Shown: positions 54,657 to 64,000, counted from the first letter of the stretch. The stretch: DNA of 64,000 nucleotides from Candidatus Poribacteria bacterium (GCA_022825825.1 JAJDWA010000023.1:12707-76706), one strand, 5' to 3'. The notes: generated from the sequence alone by a model not told the origin. Program-made: numbers and translations.

Positions 54657-55310
54657 ATGAGGCAGTTTATGACAAAATTAGAACAGATGCAACGTATTGA
54701 GGCATGCGGTATTGTCGCTATAATTCGCGCTAACAGTTCAAATGAACTGATTGAGGCGGCAGCGGCTATTCAAACTGGAGGTGTTGACGTTATTGAAATA
54801 ACGATGACAACACCCGATGCGTTACGGGTAATTAGCGAAGTGTCCGCACAGTTAGGCGATGCCGTTTTAGTAGGAGTTGGGTCAGTATTAGATGCTGAGA
54901 CAGCACGCGCAGCAATGCTCGCTGGTGCTGAATTTGTTGTCAGTCCTGTTACAAAGCCAGACGTGATTGAAATCTGCAATCGGTATGGCAAAGTCGTTAT
55001 ACCGGGCGCATTCACACCTACAGAAATTTTAGCAGCATGGGAAACAGGTGCAGATTATGTGAAGGTCTTCCCTTCAAGTGGAGTCGGCCCCTCTTATATT
55101 AAGGATGTAAAAGCACCCCTTCCACAGATTCCACTTATTCCGACTGGCGGCATCAATGCGGAAAATGCAGATGAATTCATTAAGGCTGGTGCATCTGCAT
55201 TGGGTGTCGGCAGTGCCTTGGTCAGTAGTTCTCTCATTGAATCTGGAGATTTCGCGATGCTTACAGAAAGAGCGAAAAATTTAATCAATGCTGTCAAATT
55301 TGCCAGATGA
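54657..55310 (+). CDS. eda: 2-dehydro-3-deoxy-phosphogluconate / 4-hydroxy-2-oxoglutarate aldolase
   Basis: GIVAIIRA, IEITMTTP, VVSP, and VKVFPSS (Schiff-base Lys). The ATG at 54669, 6 nt after GAGG, is an alternative start. Confidence 0.85.
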   Translation: MRQFMTKLEQMQRIEACGIVAIIRANSSNELIEAAAAIQTGGVDVIEITMTTPDALRVISEVSAQLGDAVLVGVGSVLDAETARAAMLAGAEFVVSPVTKPDVIEICNRYGKVVIPGAFTPTEILAAWETGADYVKVFPSSGVGPSYIKDVKAPLPQIPLIPTGGINAENADEFIKAGASALGVGSALVSSSLIESGDFAMLTERAKNLINAVKFAR

Positions 55311-55339
55311 TTAGTAAACAAAATGATGCTATAAACGTC

Positions 55340-55372
55340 TCACAAATAATCTAATCTCATTTGTGATTAGAT
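55340..55372. repeat. Second interleaved inverted repeat (A-B-A'-B'), downstream of eda
   Basis: tcacaaat (55340-47) pairs with atttgtga (55359-66). atctaatc (55349-56) pairs with gattagat (55365-72). Confidence 0.5.
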
Positions 55373-55500
55373 GTCCCGTTTGCAATTATGAAATTTTACG
55401 GTCAACAAAGCACTGTTGATCTGTGTGGCGCTAAAAAACACACTTACCAATTCCTTAAACTTAAATACATTCAACATGCCGCATTAATACCGTTTTAACG

Positions 55501-55529
55501 TTGACAGTTGATTTTATTTTTGCTAATTT
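55501..55529 (+). promoter_or_regulatory. possible sigma70 promoter for the kinase island
   Basis: TTGACA (55501-06), 17 nt, TAATTT (55524-29). Confidence 0.3.
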
Positions 55530-55598
55530 TTTAAACAGAGACAATTAACCCCCACAGAAATTTATTAACAGCGAGATACAACTTAGCGAATAATCGTT

Positions 55599-57590
55599 AT
55601 GAAGATTAACGAATTGATATTAGGTAAATATAGGTTGCTTGAGTATCTCAGTTCAGGCAGCTTTTCGTCTGTTTTTCGTGCGCGCGAAGAAATGACGAAG
55701 CGTATCGTTGCGATCAAAGCCCTCTCCAAAGATGCTTATCCAGCGGACAGAATGCAATACCTCCAAAACGAGCTTCGAGCAATGTCAAATATATGGAGGC
55801 ATCCTAATATCGTCTCTATCCATACCGTTGAACCGGGGCAGGACAACTATATAGCATGGATAGTAATGGAGTATATTGAAGGAACTAACCTACATCAACA
55901 CGTTCAACAAGGCGACTTAACATTAAACGATGTCCTTAATATCGGTTTGGATATCTGCAACGGTTTAAAAGCTGTACATGCCAACAATATCCTACACCGT
56001 GATATTAAGCCACAAAATATATTACTCACACCTAAGAAAGAAGCAAAAATAGCGGATTTTAGTATCGCACGCATTTTGGGCAAAACAACCCAATTCGCCG
56101 GAACCATGACCGGTACCCGCCGTTACATGGCACCAGAACAACATTATGGCGCTTATGATTTTCGGGCGGATCTATACGCTACAGGTTTAGTCCTTTATGA
56201 AGCACTTACAAAACAATTCCCTTTTTCTGGAGAAGCCGATGAAATTGATAGAAAAAAAGCGTCGGGCGAAATAGAAAACCTTGACGAATGCCCCGAGGAA
56301 TTTCGTAATTTTATGCAAAAGGCACTCCATCGAGAGGTGGATAAACGTTACCAAACGGCATCTGAAATGTATGAGGAGCTTGATCGAATCCGCCGTTGGC
56401 AATACGAACAGCAAGCTTCTATCTTTATTGCCGAAAGTGCTAATTCACCCGCAACTGAACTCGCAAGTGCACTTGAACGCTGCCGAAAAACTTTTCGCTT
56501 ACAAATTGATGTTGCCGAGCAAATCAACCAGAACCTCTTCTTTGAGGTGCGTAGCAAAGTCGAAAAAGAAAATAGAGAAAAAAATAAGATCCAACTCATG
56601 CAACATTACACAGAAGCGATTAAATATGCACGCAACGGAGACATAGACGACACGCTTCGAGAAGTCCATAAGGCACATCACCTCTGTCTACAAGAGGCAG
56701 AACTCGTTACAAAAGCAGATACCCTCTTCAAGGAAACAAGCACAGCAGCATCAAGGCAGAATGCCTCAACAGTTCAGGATATTGCTACACTGATTGAGGA
56801 ACTCCCTGAAACAGAAAAATCAAACTTATTTGATGTGTTGAACGTATCAGAGGTTCAGACTGAGCCTACGGTTCATCAGGCAGAACCGGAAGTTAATCAT
56901 GCCCCCCCTGAAGTTTACCATGGAGAATGGGACACACTATCTCTCCCGAAAACTCCTGCACAACAAGTAGGCAATTACCGGGTTTTAATACAGGAAGCCT
57001 CTCCTGAATTTTTATTGGATAAAGTTCACGAAGATATACAATATCCGCATGAGGAAGAAGCAGCCTATATTTATCAACAAGCACAAATTTTTATGCAACA
57101 AGAGGATATACATAGATGTCTTGGACAGTATAAAAGACTTGGGGCTTTTTATCACAGGCACGCTAAACGGTTTATTAGAACGAACAACATAGAACTCGTC
57201 GCGAATTGTTATACACGCGCGCGATTTGCTTACGCAGCTGCACAAAAGCAACGGAGTGCAAGGAAAAACGCAAGGAATGGTGCCGTGTACTACGTTCACC
57301 TTGCACGACAATTAGAAATACAACGCACATGGATGGAAGCAGGTATGTCATACATCTTCGCTGCCGACAATTACCGTTTTGCCCAGCTTAGTTTGGAAGT
57401 TGAAAAGTGCGAATCTGCTGCAACTGTTAACTATTTCAATGCTGCCGAAAGCGCACATCTCACCGGTGATCTTCAAACCGCTTACGAGTACTATATGTTA
57501 ATTTTATCTATTGGTGAGAAATTGCAAAATCCGCCGAGATCAGTTATTGAAGCACAAAAATTGATTGAGGAAATTCGGAGAGGTAATTAG
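55599..57590 (+). CDS. Hanks-type Ser/Thr protein kinase with a soluble helical-repeat (TPR-like) C-terminal region of about 380 aa
   Basis: VAIK (K40), HRDIKPQN (D134), DFS (for DFG), YMAPE. No TM segment. The C-terminus is rich in A/Y/Q helices. Confidence 0.9.
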   Translation: MKINELILGKYRLLEYLSSGSFSSVFRAREEMTKRIVAIKALSKDAYPADRMQYLQNELRAMSNIWRHPNIVSIHTVEPGQDNYIAWIVMEYIEGTNLHQHVQQGDLTLNDVLNIGLDICNGLKAVHANNILHRDIKPQNILLTPKKEAKIADFSIARILGKTTQFAGTMTGTRRYMAPEQHYGAYDFRADLYATGLVLYEALTKQFPFSGEADEIDRKKASGEIENLDECPEEFRNFMQKALHREVDKRYQTASEMYEELDRIRRWQYEQQASIFIAESANSPATELASALERCRKTFRLQIDVAEQINQNLFFEVRSKVEKENREKNKIQLMQHYTEAIKYARNGDIDDTLREVHKAHHLCLQEAELVTKADTLFKETSTAASRQNASTVQDIATLIEELPETEKSNLFDVLNVSEVQTEPTVHQAEPEVNHAPPEVYHGEWDTLSLPKTPAQQVGNYRVLIQEASPEFLLDKVHEDIQYPHEEEAAYIYQQAQIFMQQEDIHRCLGQYKRLGAFYHRHAKRFIRTNNIELVANCYTRARFAYAAAQKQRSARKNARNGAVYYVHLARQLEIQRTWMEAGMSYIFAADNYRFAQLSLEVEKCESAATVNYFNAAESAHLTGDLQTAYEYYMLILSIGEKLQNPPRSVIEAQKLIEEIRRGN

Positions 57591-57770
57591 AAATAAACCG
57601 TTGTAGACACAATTGTTTGTGGAAATTTGCAACCGTTGTCGAGCAAATACAAGGATTTACTGAAATAACTCGTGAAGACGTTATAAAAAATACTTGCCAA
57701 CATCTCAATCTATTTTGGTTTAATCTTTTGAATTTTTTCGAAGTTGTTTGGCAAATCCTGTAAGGAATTA

Positions 57771-60437
57771 ATGATGATTAAATCTTTTAATTCAGAAGTT
57801 GAATGCTTCTCTGAGATAGAACGGCTGAGATTATTACAGCAGCAACAGATTCTCCGACCAGAAGTGATACCCCAAGAACTTGCCAAATCCAAACAATGGA
57901 TAGTTTGGTCGTATGAAGTTACTGAACAAATTGGCGGAATATACAGAGTAGAAAAACACCCATACCAACCTAAAAACCCAGATAATACAATTATAAGGAA
58001 TCGCCATTCAGATTGGTCTGATTTAGCAACAGCAATAAGATGTTTTCAAGAAAACTCACATATCGATGGAATTGGTTACTTGTTTGTTGAAGGTGATGGT
58101 CTGATCGGTATTGATTTAGACAACTGTCGTAACCCTGATACGAGTAAAATTCGAGAAGAATATTTATTCTGGATAAAGAAATTCGGCAGTTATGCTGAGA
58201 TATCGCCTTCTGGCACAGGTGTAAAGATTTGGGTAAAAGGAACAGTGTCTGATAATTATTTTTTGTCTAATGAATCATCTGGATTTAGAATTCTAAACTT
58301 TGCAGGTGGGGAGATAGAAATATATAGGCACGGACAATACTTCGCTGTTACAACTCAAATGATAAACGGTTTTGACACTATAAGGGATGCGCAAGTAGAA
58401 CTTGATGTCATCTGTGAATTTTCAGCGTCTAGAACTCAGCGGGACTTTAGATATTCTTCTTGTCCTGATTACCAACTTACTGAACTTGATGCAAACCGTG
58501 AATTGTCCTTGTTGCAGGGTTTTTGGAATGATACGGGTCTTGCATATATTGATGAATCAGAACCAAAAGAATTAGTACCAGAATCCGGTGATGAATCTCA
58601 AGAGTCTAAACAAATATCACGTGACGAACAAAAATGGATAAAAGATGAACTTGATTTTACAAATAAACATATGCTTAGGGATCCAGCTAGTGAACCTAAC
58701 GTGGTAAAGGAAACTGTAACAGACACCTCTCCCTTTGAAGCAAATTTGCTGTTGAAAAGTAAGAAGGAGTACTTTGGTGAAACACGTTGTAAGAATTGCC
58801 CTGGGAATAGTTATGGGTATGAACTATGTCCAAGATGTTATGCAGCTGCACACCCTGAAGAAAAAGTGGAGGATGCTGTTTATGAATATTTTTCGAAATT
58901 ATCGAAATTTTCAGTAGTTCGTCAACCCGACTATGAAATCACATTGGGATCTAAAAAAATGATACCTGACGTTGTGCTGCTTGATACAAAAGAAAATATT
59001 ATAGCCATAGCCGAGTGTAAGCGAGAGTACACAATTTTTGACGGGATTGAACAGTTAAAATCCTATCTCAGTGCTAGTGACACACAATTTGGGATATTTG
59101 CTAATAGTATAGAACCAGAAAACTGGATTTTCTATGAAAATTTACGGGGGCACCGTTTTGAAGAAAATATTCCACGTTCTCGTTTTGAGAATGAAATTGT
59201 AGCAAACCGACACATTAAATCTATTAGAGAAGAAAAAAATGAATTAGAAAGTAAAATATCACATTTATGCAAACGGCATACAAGGAATGTAAGTGATATA
59301 GAAGTTTCAAATAAGGAATTAAATGAATTAGAAAATCATATTAAGAATGAACGTGAGACACATACAAAACTGAAAGAGGATAACGATAAATTAGTAAAGA
59401 AAAATGCCGATTTAACTATAGAAATTAATAAGAACGCTAAACAATTAGAAGTACAAGAATCCTTTAAATTAATTTCTACACGCGATAAACTGACATCACA
59501 AGTTTCCAAACTTAGTACACGTAAGGATTGGCTGGAAAAGGCAATTGAAACTATGCTGGAAAGGAAAAAGTGCTTATCAAAAAAAATCAGTGTTGCATTT
59601 GAGATAGTTTCTCTGAATGAGCAAAAGTATCAATTACAAAATGAAATCAGAGTTATGCAGCAACAAAGCGCGAACTTATCTGAGAAAACCAAGTCGTTAC
59701 GTAGTCAAAAGAGTACATTTGAAAAAGAACAAAATAAAATCATATCTGATCGCACCAAACTTGAAAAAGAAAAGGATTCTTGGCTACAAAAACTAAAAAA
59801 TAAAAAAATAGAACTCTCTGATATAGAAGAACGTATTAAACACAGAGCAAAACCTCTTAGGGATCTTGGTAGATTGGCTAGATTGGACGAACTGGAGGAA
59901 GCATTCTCCGAGGGATCTATCTACGGACAACTTGAAAAAGAACTTGAACGGTTACAGGAAATAGAATCAGAAATTGTGTTTAAACAAGAACTCGCGCGGG
60001 ATAGCCAGGAAAAGTACGCAGCTTTTGAACGAAATCAAGTAAAAATCAATCAGAAAAAGCAACAACGCGTTCAAGCATCCCAAGACAAGGAAAGAATCCT
60101 AAACCAGATTAGAAGGGTTGTCACTCGATTGCGAACCGCAAATCCTGAACAAAAACAGCAAATTGAAAAACATCGCAAACAATTAATAGGGGACTTGAAA
60201 CAGCAAAAACATAATTGTTCACAAATTTTAGCGGAAATCAGCCAGTTAGAAGATGTAAAATCCAAATTGGAATCTGAAAATAGGGTAAAGGAACATCATT
60301 TCTCATTTACAGAAAAAGATGTACTTCCCACATACTTGCAGATAGAGGAAGAAATTGATATGCTGAAAACAGAAAAATATAAACTTGAAGCGGAAATCGG
60401 ACATCGGGTTTTTGAACTTATACCGAAGAAAGATTGA
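57771..60437 (+). CDS. multidomain protein: AEP (primase-polymerase-like) N-domain, CxxC..CxxC Zn ribbon, PD-(D/E)xK (HsdR-N-like) nuclease fold, and a coiled coil of about 400 aa
   Basis: Numbering from the TTG at 57744. IGIDLD (aa 121-126), SPSGTGVKIW (154-163), IEIYRHGQYFAVT (191-203), CKNC...CPRC (349-364), PD409...E424-C-K426, then K/E/Q/L-rich heptads to the end. The ATG at 57771, after AAGGA, is the preferred start. Confidence 0.8.
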   Translation: MMIKSFNSEVECFSEIERLRLLQQQQILRPEVIPQELAKSKQWIVWSYEVTEQIGGIYRVEKHPYQPKNPDNTIIRNRHSDWSDLATAIRCFQENSHIDGIGYLFVEGDGLIGIDLDNCRNPDTSKIREEYLFWIKKFGSYAEISPSGTGVKIWVKGTVSDNYFLSNESSGFRILNFAGGEIEIYRHGQYFAVTTQMINGFDTIRDAQVELDVICEFSASRTQRDFRYSSCPDYQLTELDANRELSLLQGFWNDTGLAYIDESEPKELVPESGDESQESKQISRDEQKWIKDELDFTNKHMLRDPASEPNVVKETVTDTSPFEANLLLKSKKEYFGETRCKNCPGNSYGYELCPRCYAAAHPEEKVEDAVYEYFSKLSKFSVVRQPDYEITLGSKKMIPDVVLLDTKENIIAIAECKREYTIFDGIEQLKSYLSASDTQFGIFANSIEPENWIFYENLRGHRFEENIPRSRFENEIVANRHIKSIREEKNELESKISHLCKRHTRNVSDIEVSNKELNELENHIKNERETHTKLKEDNDKLVKKNADLTIEINKNAKQLEVQESFKLISTRDKLTSQVSKLSTRKDWLEKAIETMLERKKCLSKKISVAFEIVSLNEQKYQLQNEIRVMQQQSANLSEKTKSLRSQKSTFEKEQNKIISDRTKLEKEKDSWLQKLKNKKIELSDIEERIKHRAKPLRDLGRLARLDELEEAFSEGSIYGQLEKELERLQEIESEIVFKQELARDSQEKYAAFERNQVKINQKKQQRVQASQDKERILNQIRRVVTRLRTANPEQKQQIEKHRKQLIGDLKQQKHNCSQILAEISQLEDVKSKLESENRVKEHHFSFTEKDVLPTYLQIEEEIDMLKTEKYKLEAEIGHRVFELIPKKD

Positions 60438-60468
60438 AGTTTAATGCACTACAAAGTAAGGAGAACTA

Positions 60469-61656
60469 ATGATTTCACTATCACAACGAAGTCAAAACGT
60501 AACACCATCATCAACCTTAGCCATCACAGCGAAAATCAACGCGATGATCGCGGATGGCGTAGATGTCGTCAAATTCGGCGCAGGCGAACCCGATTTTGAT
60601 ACACCCGACTATATCAAAGCCGCCGCAATTACTGCACTTGATGCAGGTTTTACAAAATATACACCGGTCCCCGGTATTCCCGAACTTCGGGAAGCAATCG
60701 TGGACAAATTCAAAAAAGACAACGGACTGGATTATACAACATCTCAAGTTATCGTTTCGTGCGGGGCAAAACATACCCTTTACAATATCATGCAAGCGAT
60801 ATGTGACCCAGATGATGAAGTCATCTTTGCTGCACCCTACTGGGTGAGTTATCCACAGCAGATTAAGTTAGCAGGGGCTGTGCCACGCGTCATTGAAACC
60901 ACCGCCGAACAGAACTTCTGCATGCAACCCGAACAGGTGGAGGCAGCGATAACATCAAAAACAAAAGCAATTCTGATTAACAGTCCGAGCAATCCGACTG
61001 GCACCACTTATGACATAGACACCCTCAAGCAGATTGCGGCACTTGCAGTCGAAAATCAGGTCTATCTCATCTCTGATGAAATCTATGAAGCACTGCTATA
61101 CGATGGTGCAACACATCAGAGTCCCGCGTCATTCAACGAAGAGACGAAAGCGATCACCTTTGTCGTCAACGGCGTATCAAAAGCGTATTCTATGACAGGA
61201 TGGCGTATTGGGTACACCGCCGGCCCCGAAGATGCGGTTTCAGCGATGTCCCGTATCCAATCACATAGCACTTCAAATCCGACCTCCATTGCGCAGAAAG
61301 CTGCCGTGGCGGCACTCAATGAGCCGCAAGATGCCGTTGAAGAGATGCGTAAAGCATTTGAAGAACGCCGCGATGTTATCTGTCAACGTTTTGATGAGAT
61401 TGACGGTGTGAGTTATGTCAAACCGCAAGGGGCATTCTACATCTTCCCCGATTTTTCCGCACACTACGGCAGAACACTTGATGGTAAAAAAATTGAAGGG
61501 TCAATGGATATAACCGATTATCTGCTCGGTTCCGCAGGTGTCGGTGTTGTGCCGGGTGATGGCTTCGGTGCAGATAACAATTTGCGCCTCTCCTTTGCTA
61601 CCTCTTTGACAGAGATAAATCGCGGATTAGATCGGATTAAGAAGGCGTTGGAATAA
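60469..61656 (+). CDS. aspC: aspartate/aromatic aminotransferase (class I PLP-dependent)
   Basis: AAGGAG RBS. NSPSNPTG. SKAYSMTGWRIGY (PLP Lys). Confidence 0.9.
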   Translation: MISLSQRSQNVTPSSTLAITAKINAMIADGVDVVKFGAGEPDFDTPDYIKAAAITALDAGFTKYTPVPGIPELREAIVDKFKKDNGLDYTTSQVIVSCGAKHTLYNIMQAICDPDDEVIFAAPYWVSYPQQIKLAGAVPRVIETTAEQNFCMQPEQVEAAITSKTKAILINSPSNPTGTTYDIDTLKQIAALAVENQVYLISDEIYEALLYDGATHQSPASFNEETKAITFVVNGVSKAYSMTGWRIGYTAGPEDAVSAMSRIQSHSTSNPTSIAQKAAVAALNEPQDAVEEMRKAFEERRDVICQRFDEIDGVSYVKPQGAFYIFPDFSAHYGRTLDGKKIEGSMDITDYLLGSAGVGVVPGDGFGADNNLRLSFATSLTEINRGLDRIKKALE

Positions 61657-61910
61657 GGTTATTTTTCTTGTAAGAGGCTTTGTCCATCCAATGCATAGTA
61701 GCAGGCACGCTCCGCGTGCTGTCCGTTAAGTGTCTGAATCGCGGATTACACCGATTATACGGATTTTAAGAATACCAGCGTTCGTAGTCACGCAATTTAT
61801 TGCGCCTCTTACATTACTGCCAAATCAACATAAAAACAAGAATAATCCTGCAAATCTGAAAATCCTGGTTCAGACAACCCACAATTCAGACAAACAAAGG
61901 AGATACTATC

Positions 61911-63620
61911 GTGACACAACCTAATCTTGTCTTCGTAATCACCGATGACCAAGGCTACGGTGATTTAGGATGTACCGGAAACCCAGTCATCAATACCCCG
62001 AATTTAGACGCACTCGCAGGAGAGAGCGTCCAACTGCGAAACTTACATGTCGGTCCCACCTGTTCACCGACACGCGCAGGCATCATGACCGGACGCTACT
62101 GCAACTCAACAGGTGTATGGCATACCATCGGAGGCAGATCCCTACTCCGCAGCGATGAGGTCACGATGGCAGATATCTTCAGACGCAACGGCTATAAAAC
62201 CGGCATGTTCGGCAAATGGCATCTCGGTGATAACTATCCATTCCGTCCGCACGATCGCGGCTTTGAAGAGGCACTCTATCACGGCGGAGGTGGTATCAGT
62301 CAAACGCCCGACTATTGGGGTAACGACTATTTTGACGATACCTACTTTAGCAACGGGTCTGAACAGCCGTTTGAAGGGTATTGTACCGATGTCTGGTTTC
62401 AAGAAGGAATGAAGTTTATTGAGAGGAATCAGAATCGTCCATTTTTCTGCTATATCCCAACCAATGCGCCGCACGGTCCGTTTCGTGTCCCTGATGCTTA
62501 TAGTGAGGTATACCGAAGGAAAGGAGAACCGGAATCGCGCTCTTGTTTCTACGGCATGATTACCAACATAGACGACAACATGGCACGACTCCGACACCAT
62601 CTCAAAGTGCTTGGACTTGAGGAAAACACCATCCTAATTTTTATGACAGATAACGGATCTGCTAATGGATGCGATTTGGATGGACAACAGTTTGTCAAGT
62701 CAGGATACAATGCTGGGATGCGCGGCAAAAAAGGGTCGCCTTATGAAGGCGGACATCGGGTGCCGCTCTTTATGCATTGGCCCGGTGGAGGCTTCTCAGA
62801 AAAGAGAGAGGTTGACGAACTCACGGCAAACATTGACCTACTGCCTACGTTAATTGACCTCTGCGATTTAGAAGTGTCCGAGACCTCCCGTTTCCACGGT
62901 ACCAGCATCACACCGTTATTGCAAGATGAACAGGTGGAATGGGAAGATCGCGTGGTTGTTACCGATTCACAACGGGTTGAAAACCCTGTTAAGTGGAGAC
63001 AGAGTGCTACAATGTCACAAAGATGGCGACTTATCAATGGCACGGAACTTTACGACATCCAAACAGACCCCGAACAACGAGAGGATATCGCTGGTGATCA
63101 TCCCGAAGTGGTTGCAGAACTTCGGGAACACTATGAAGCATGGTGGACGTTAGTATCAGAACGGTTTGATGAAGAGTGCCCAATTGTGGTCGGTACACAA
63201 AACGAGCAACTTGCATGTATAACAACACATGATTGGCACGGTAGTGGCAATGCTTGGAATCAAGGGTCTATACGCAACGGGATGGAATGCAACGGGTATT
63301 GGGCAATTGAGATTCCGGAAGATGGAGCGTATAGTTTCGAATTACGCCGTTGGCCCCGTGAGGAAAACAGAGCCATTACAGAAGGAATTCCCGGTGAGAA
63401 AATTGACCTTTACAACGGGGGACGCGCATTAGATTTAAAATCCGCACAAATCCGTATTGGCGATCAATCAGAAACACAATCCATTGATCCTGATGCAGTC
63501 GGCGTAACCTTTACGTTCAACCTCAAAGCAGGACAGACACGTCTCCATACACAGTTCTCTGATGAAACAGGCGAATTGACGCTCGGCGCGTATTATGTCT
63601 ATGCAAAACGGGTGATTTAA
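61911..63620 (+). CDS. arylsulfatase (Cys-type, formylglycine-dependent); no signal peptide
   Basis: AAGGAG 8 nt before the GTG. VFVITDDQGYGDLG...CSPTRAGIMTGRY (C-x-P-x-R). GKWHLG. Confidence 0.9.
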   Translation: MTQPNLVFVITDDQGYGDLGCTGNPVINTPNLDALAGESVQLRNLHVGPTCSPTRAGIMTGRYCNSTGVWHTIGGRSLLRSDEVTMADIFRRNGYKTGMFGKWHLGDNYPFRPHDRGFEEALYHGGGGISQTPDYWGNDYFDDTYFSNGSEQPFEGYCTDVWFQEGMKFIERNQNRPFFCYIPTNAPHGPFRVPDAYSEVYRRKGEPESRSCFYGMITNIDDNMARLRHHLKVLGLEENTILIFMTDNGSANGCDLDGQQFVKSGYNAGMRGKKGSPYEGGHRVPLFMHWPGGGFSEKREVDELTANIDLLPTLIDLCDLEVSETSRFHGTSITPLLQDEQVEWEDRVVVTDSQRVENPVKWRQSATMSQRWRLINGTELYDIQTDPEQREDIAGDHPEVVAELREHYEAWWTLVSERFDEECPIVVGTQNEQLACITTHDWHGSGNAWNQGSIRNGMECNGYWAIEIPEDGAYSFELRRWPREENRAITEGIPGEKIDLYNGGRALDLKSAQIRIGDQSETQSIDPDAVGVTFTFNLKAGQTRLHTQFSDETGELTLGAYYVYAKRVI

Positions 63621-63711
63621 AAACTTCCTGGGACAGCAGACTGCTGTCCCATAACCTTTCTCTTTCAACTCCGCTTGCACAAAATCGAAATCGTGCAGTT
63701 GCCTTCCCTAC

Positions 63712-64000
63712 TTATACACCACTTTTCGTAACAGCAGTCTGCAACGGGGGGAGTTCGGGGTAATTACCACGCGCATTTCGCCAAGCGATGACACCTTCAA
63801 CAATCATCCAAACTTGTAATGCTTCCACAACAATACCGAATCCGAAGAGCAGATAATTGCCTTTAGCCAACCACCCTGTTTCTGGAACAAACATTTGGTG
63901 TAGCATCGCCCAAGCAGGCATGAGAAGCATAACAATCATCGGTAGGAAAGCGAACCAGATCGGCTTGTTACGGCGCACCAGATAGAAGACGATGACCATA
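63712..64000 (-). CDS. cstA: carbon starvation protein CstA, C-terminal end (5' part lies outside the window)
   Basis: ...VFYLVRRNKPIWFAFLPMIVMLLMPAWAM...GNYLLFGFGIVVEALQVWMIVEG is typical of CstA C-terminal TMs. The ORF is open to the window edge. Confidence 0.7.
   Translation of the reverse strand, partial: MVIVFYLVRRNKPIWFAFLPMIVMLLMPAWAMLHQMFVPETGWLAKGNYLLFGFGIVVEALQVWMIVEGVIAWRNARGNYPELPPLQTAVTKSGV

Noticed and set aside
62142-62600. 152-aa minus-strand ORF
   Set aside because: Antisense to the arylsulfatase catalytic core.

Overview
A 64-kb window, roughly 40-45% GC by eye, from a Gram-negative, probably uncultivated bacterium. Supporting signs are a TonB protein, a Wzi-like outer-membrane protein and a T9SS/Por-type C-terminal sorting domain. 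There are many eukaryote-like ANK/WD40/LRR/MORN proteins, four sulfotransferases and a sulfatase, which gives a Poribacteria- or PVC/FCB-like flavour. The taxon cannot be proven from this window.

Content in order:
(1) 0.3-6.8 kb, minus strand: the conserved translation/transcription block tRNA-Thr-Tyr-Gly-Thr, rpmG, tRNA-Trp, secE, nusG, rplK, rplA, rplJ, rplL. The usual tuf and rpoBC are absent. An rpoZ with an acidic tandem-repeat tail follows.
(2) 6.9-10 kb: a futalosine-pathway radical-SAM gene and a ppiD-like gene.
(3) 10.2-14.6 kb: a lamin-tail lipoprotein and two paralogous LRR-dockerin surface proteins.
(4) 14.7-27.9 kb: a Wzx/Wzy-type polysaccharide locus with four sulfotransferases, a membrane-anchored clan GH-A hydrolase and a Wzi-like protein.
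(5) 28-33.7 kb: SDR, TonB, then a decayed accessory islet. It holds an IS remnant, a PD-(D/E)xK gene plus a fragment of a paralog, an orphan antitoxin-like gene, and a WD40-trypsin fusion interrupted by an in-frame TAG.
(6) 33.8-37.8 kb: PhyH-like, ManD-like and glyA genes.
(7) 38-48 kb: two paralogous Rieske-plus-large-helical-domain proteins, each followed by ANK/WD40 proteins, and a duplicated cassette of palm-less PolX-N-terminal (HhH) proteins and MORN/Zn-ribbon proteins.
(8) 48-55 kb: rhodanese, a pterin cluster (tandem PTPS, folE, SDR), a tandem-fused CNNM/CorC transporter and eda.
(9) 55.6-60.4 kb: a two-gene island between eda and aspC, made of a Ser/Thr kinase and an 890-aa AEP-primase-like/Zn-ribbon/PD-(D/E)xK/coiled-coil protein. 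This is my best candidate for an undescribed system.
(10) aspC, a signal-peptide-less arylsulfatase and the cstA 3' end.

Two dispersed hairpin-repeat families and a MITE-like element occupy intergenic regions. I saw no rRNA genes and no CRISPR array.
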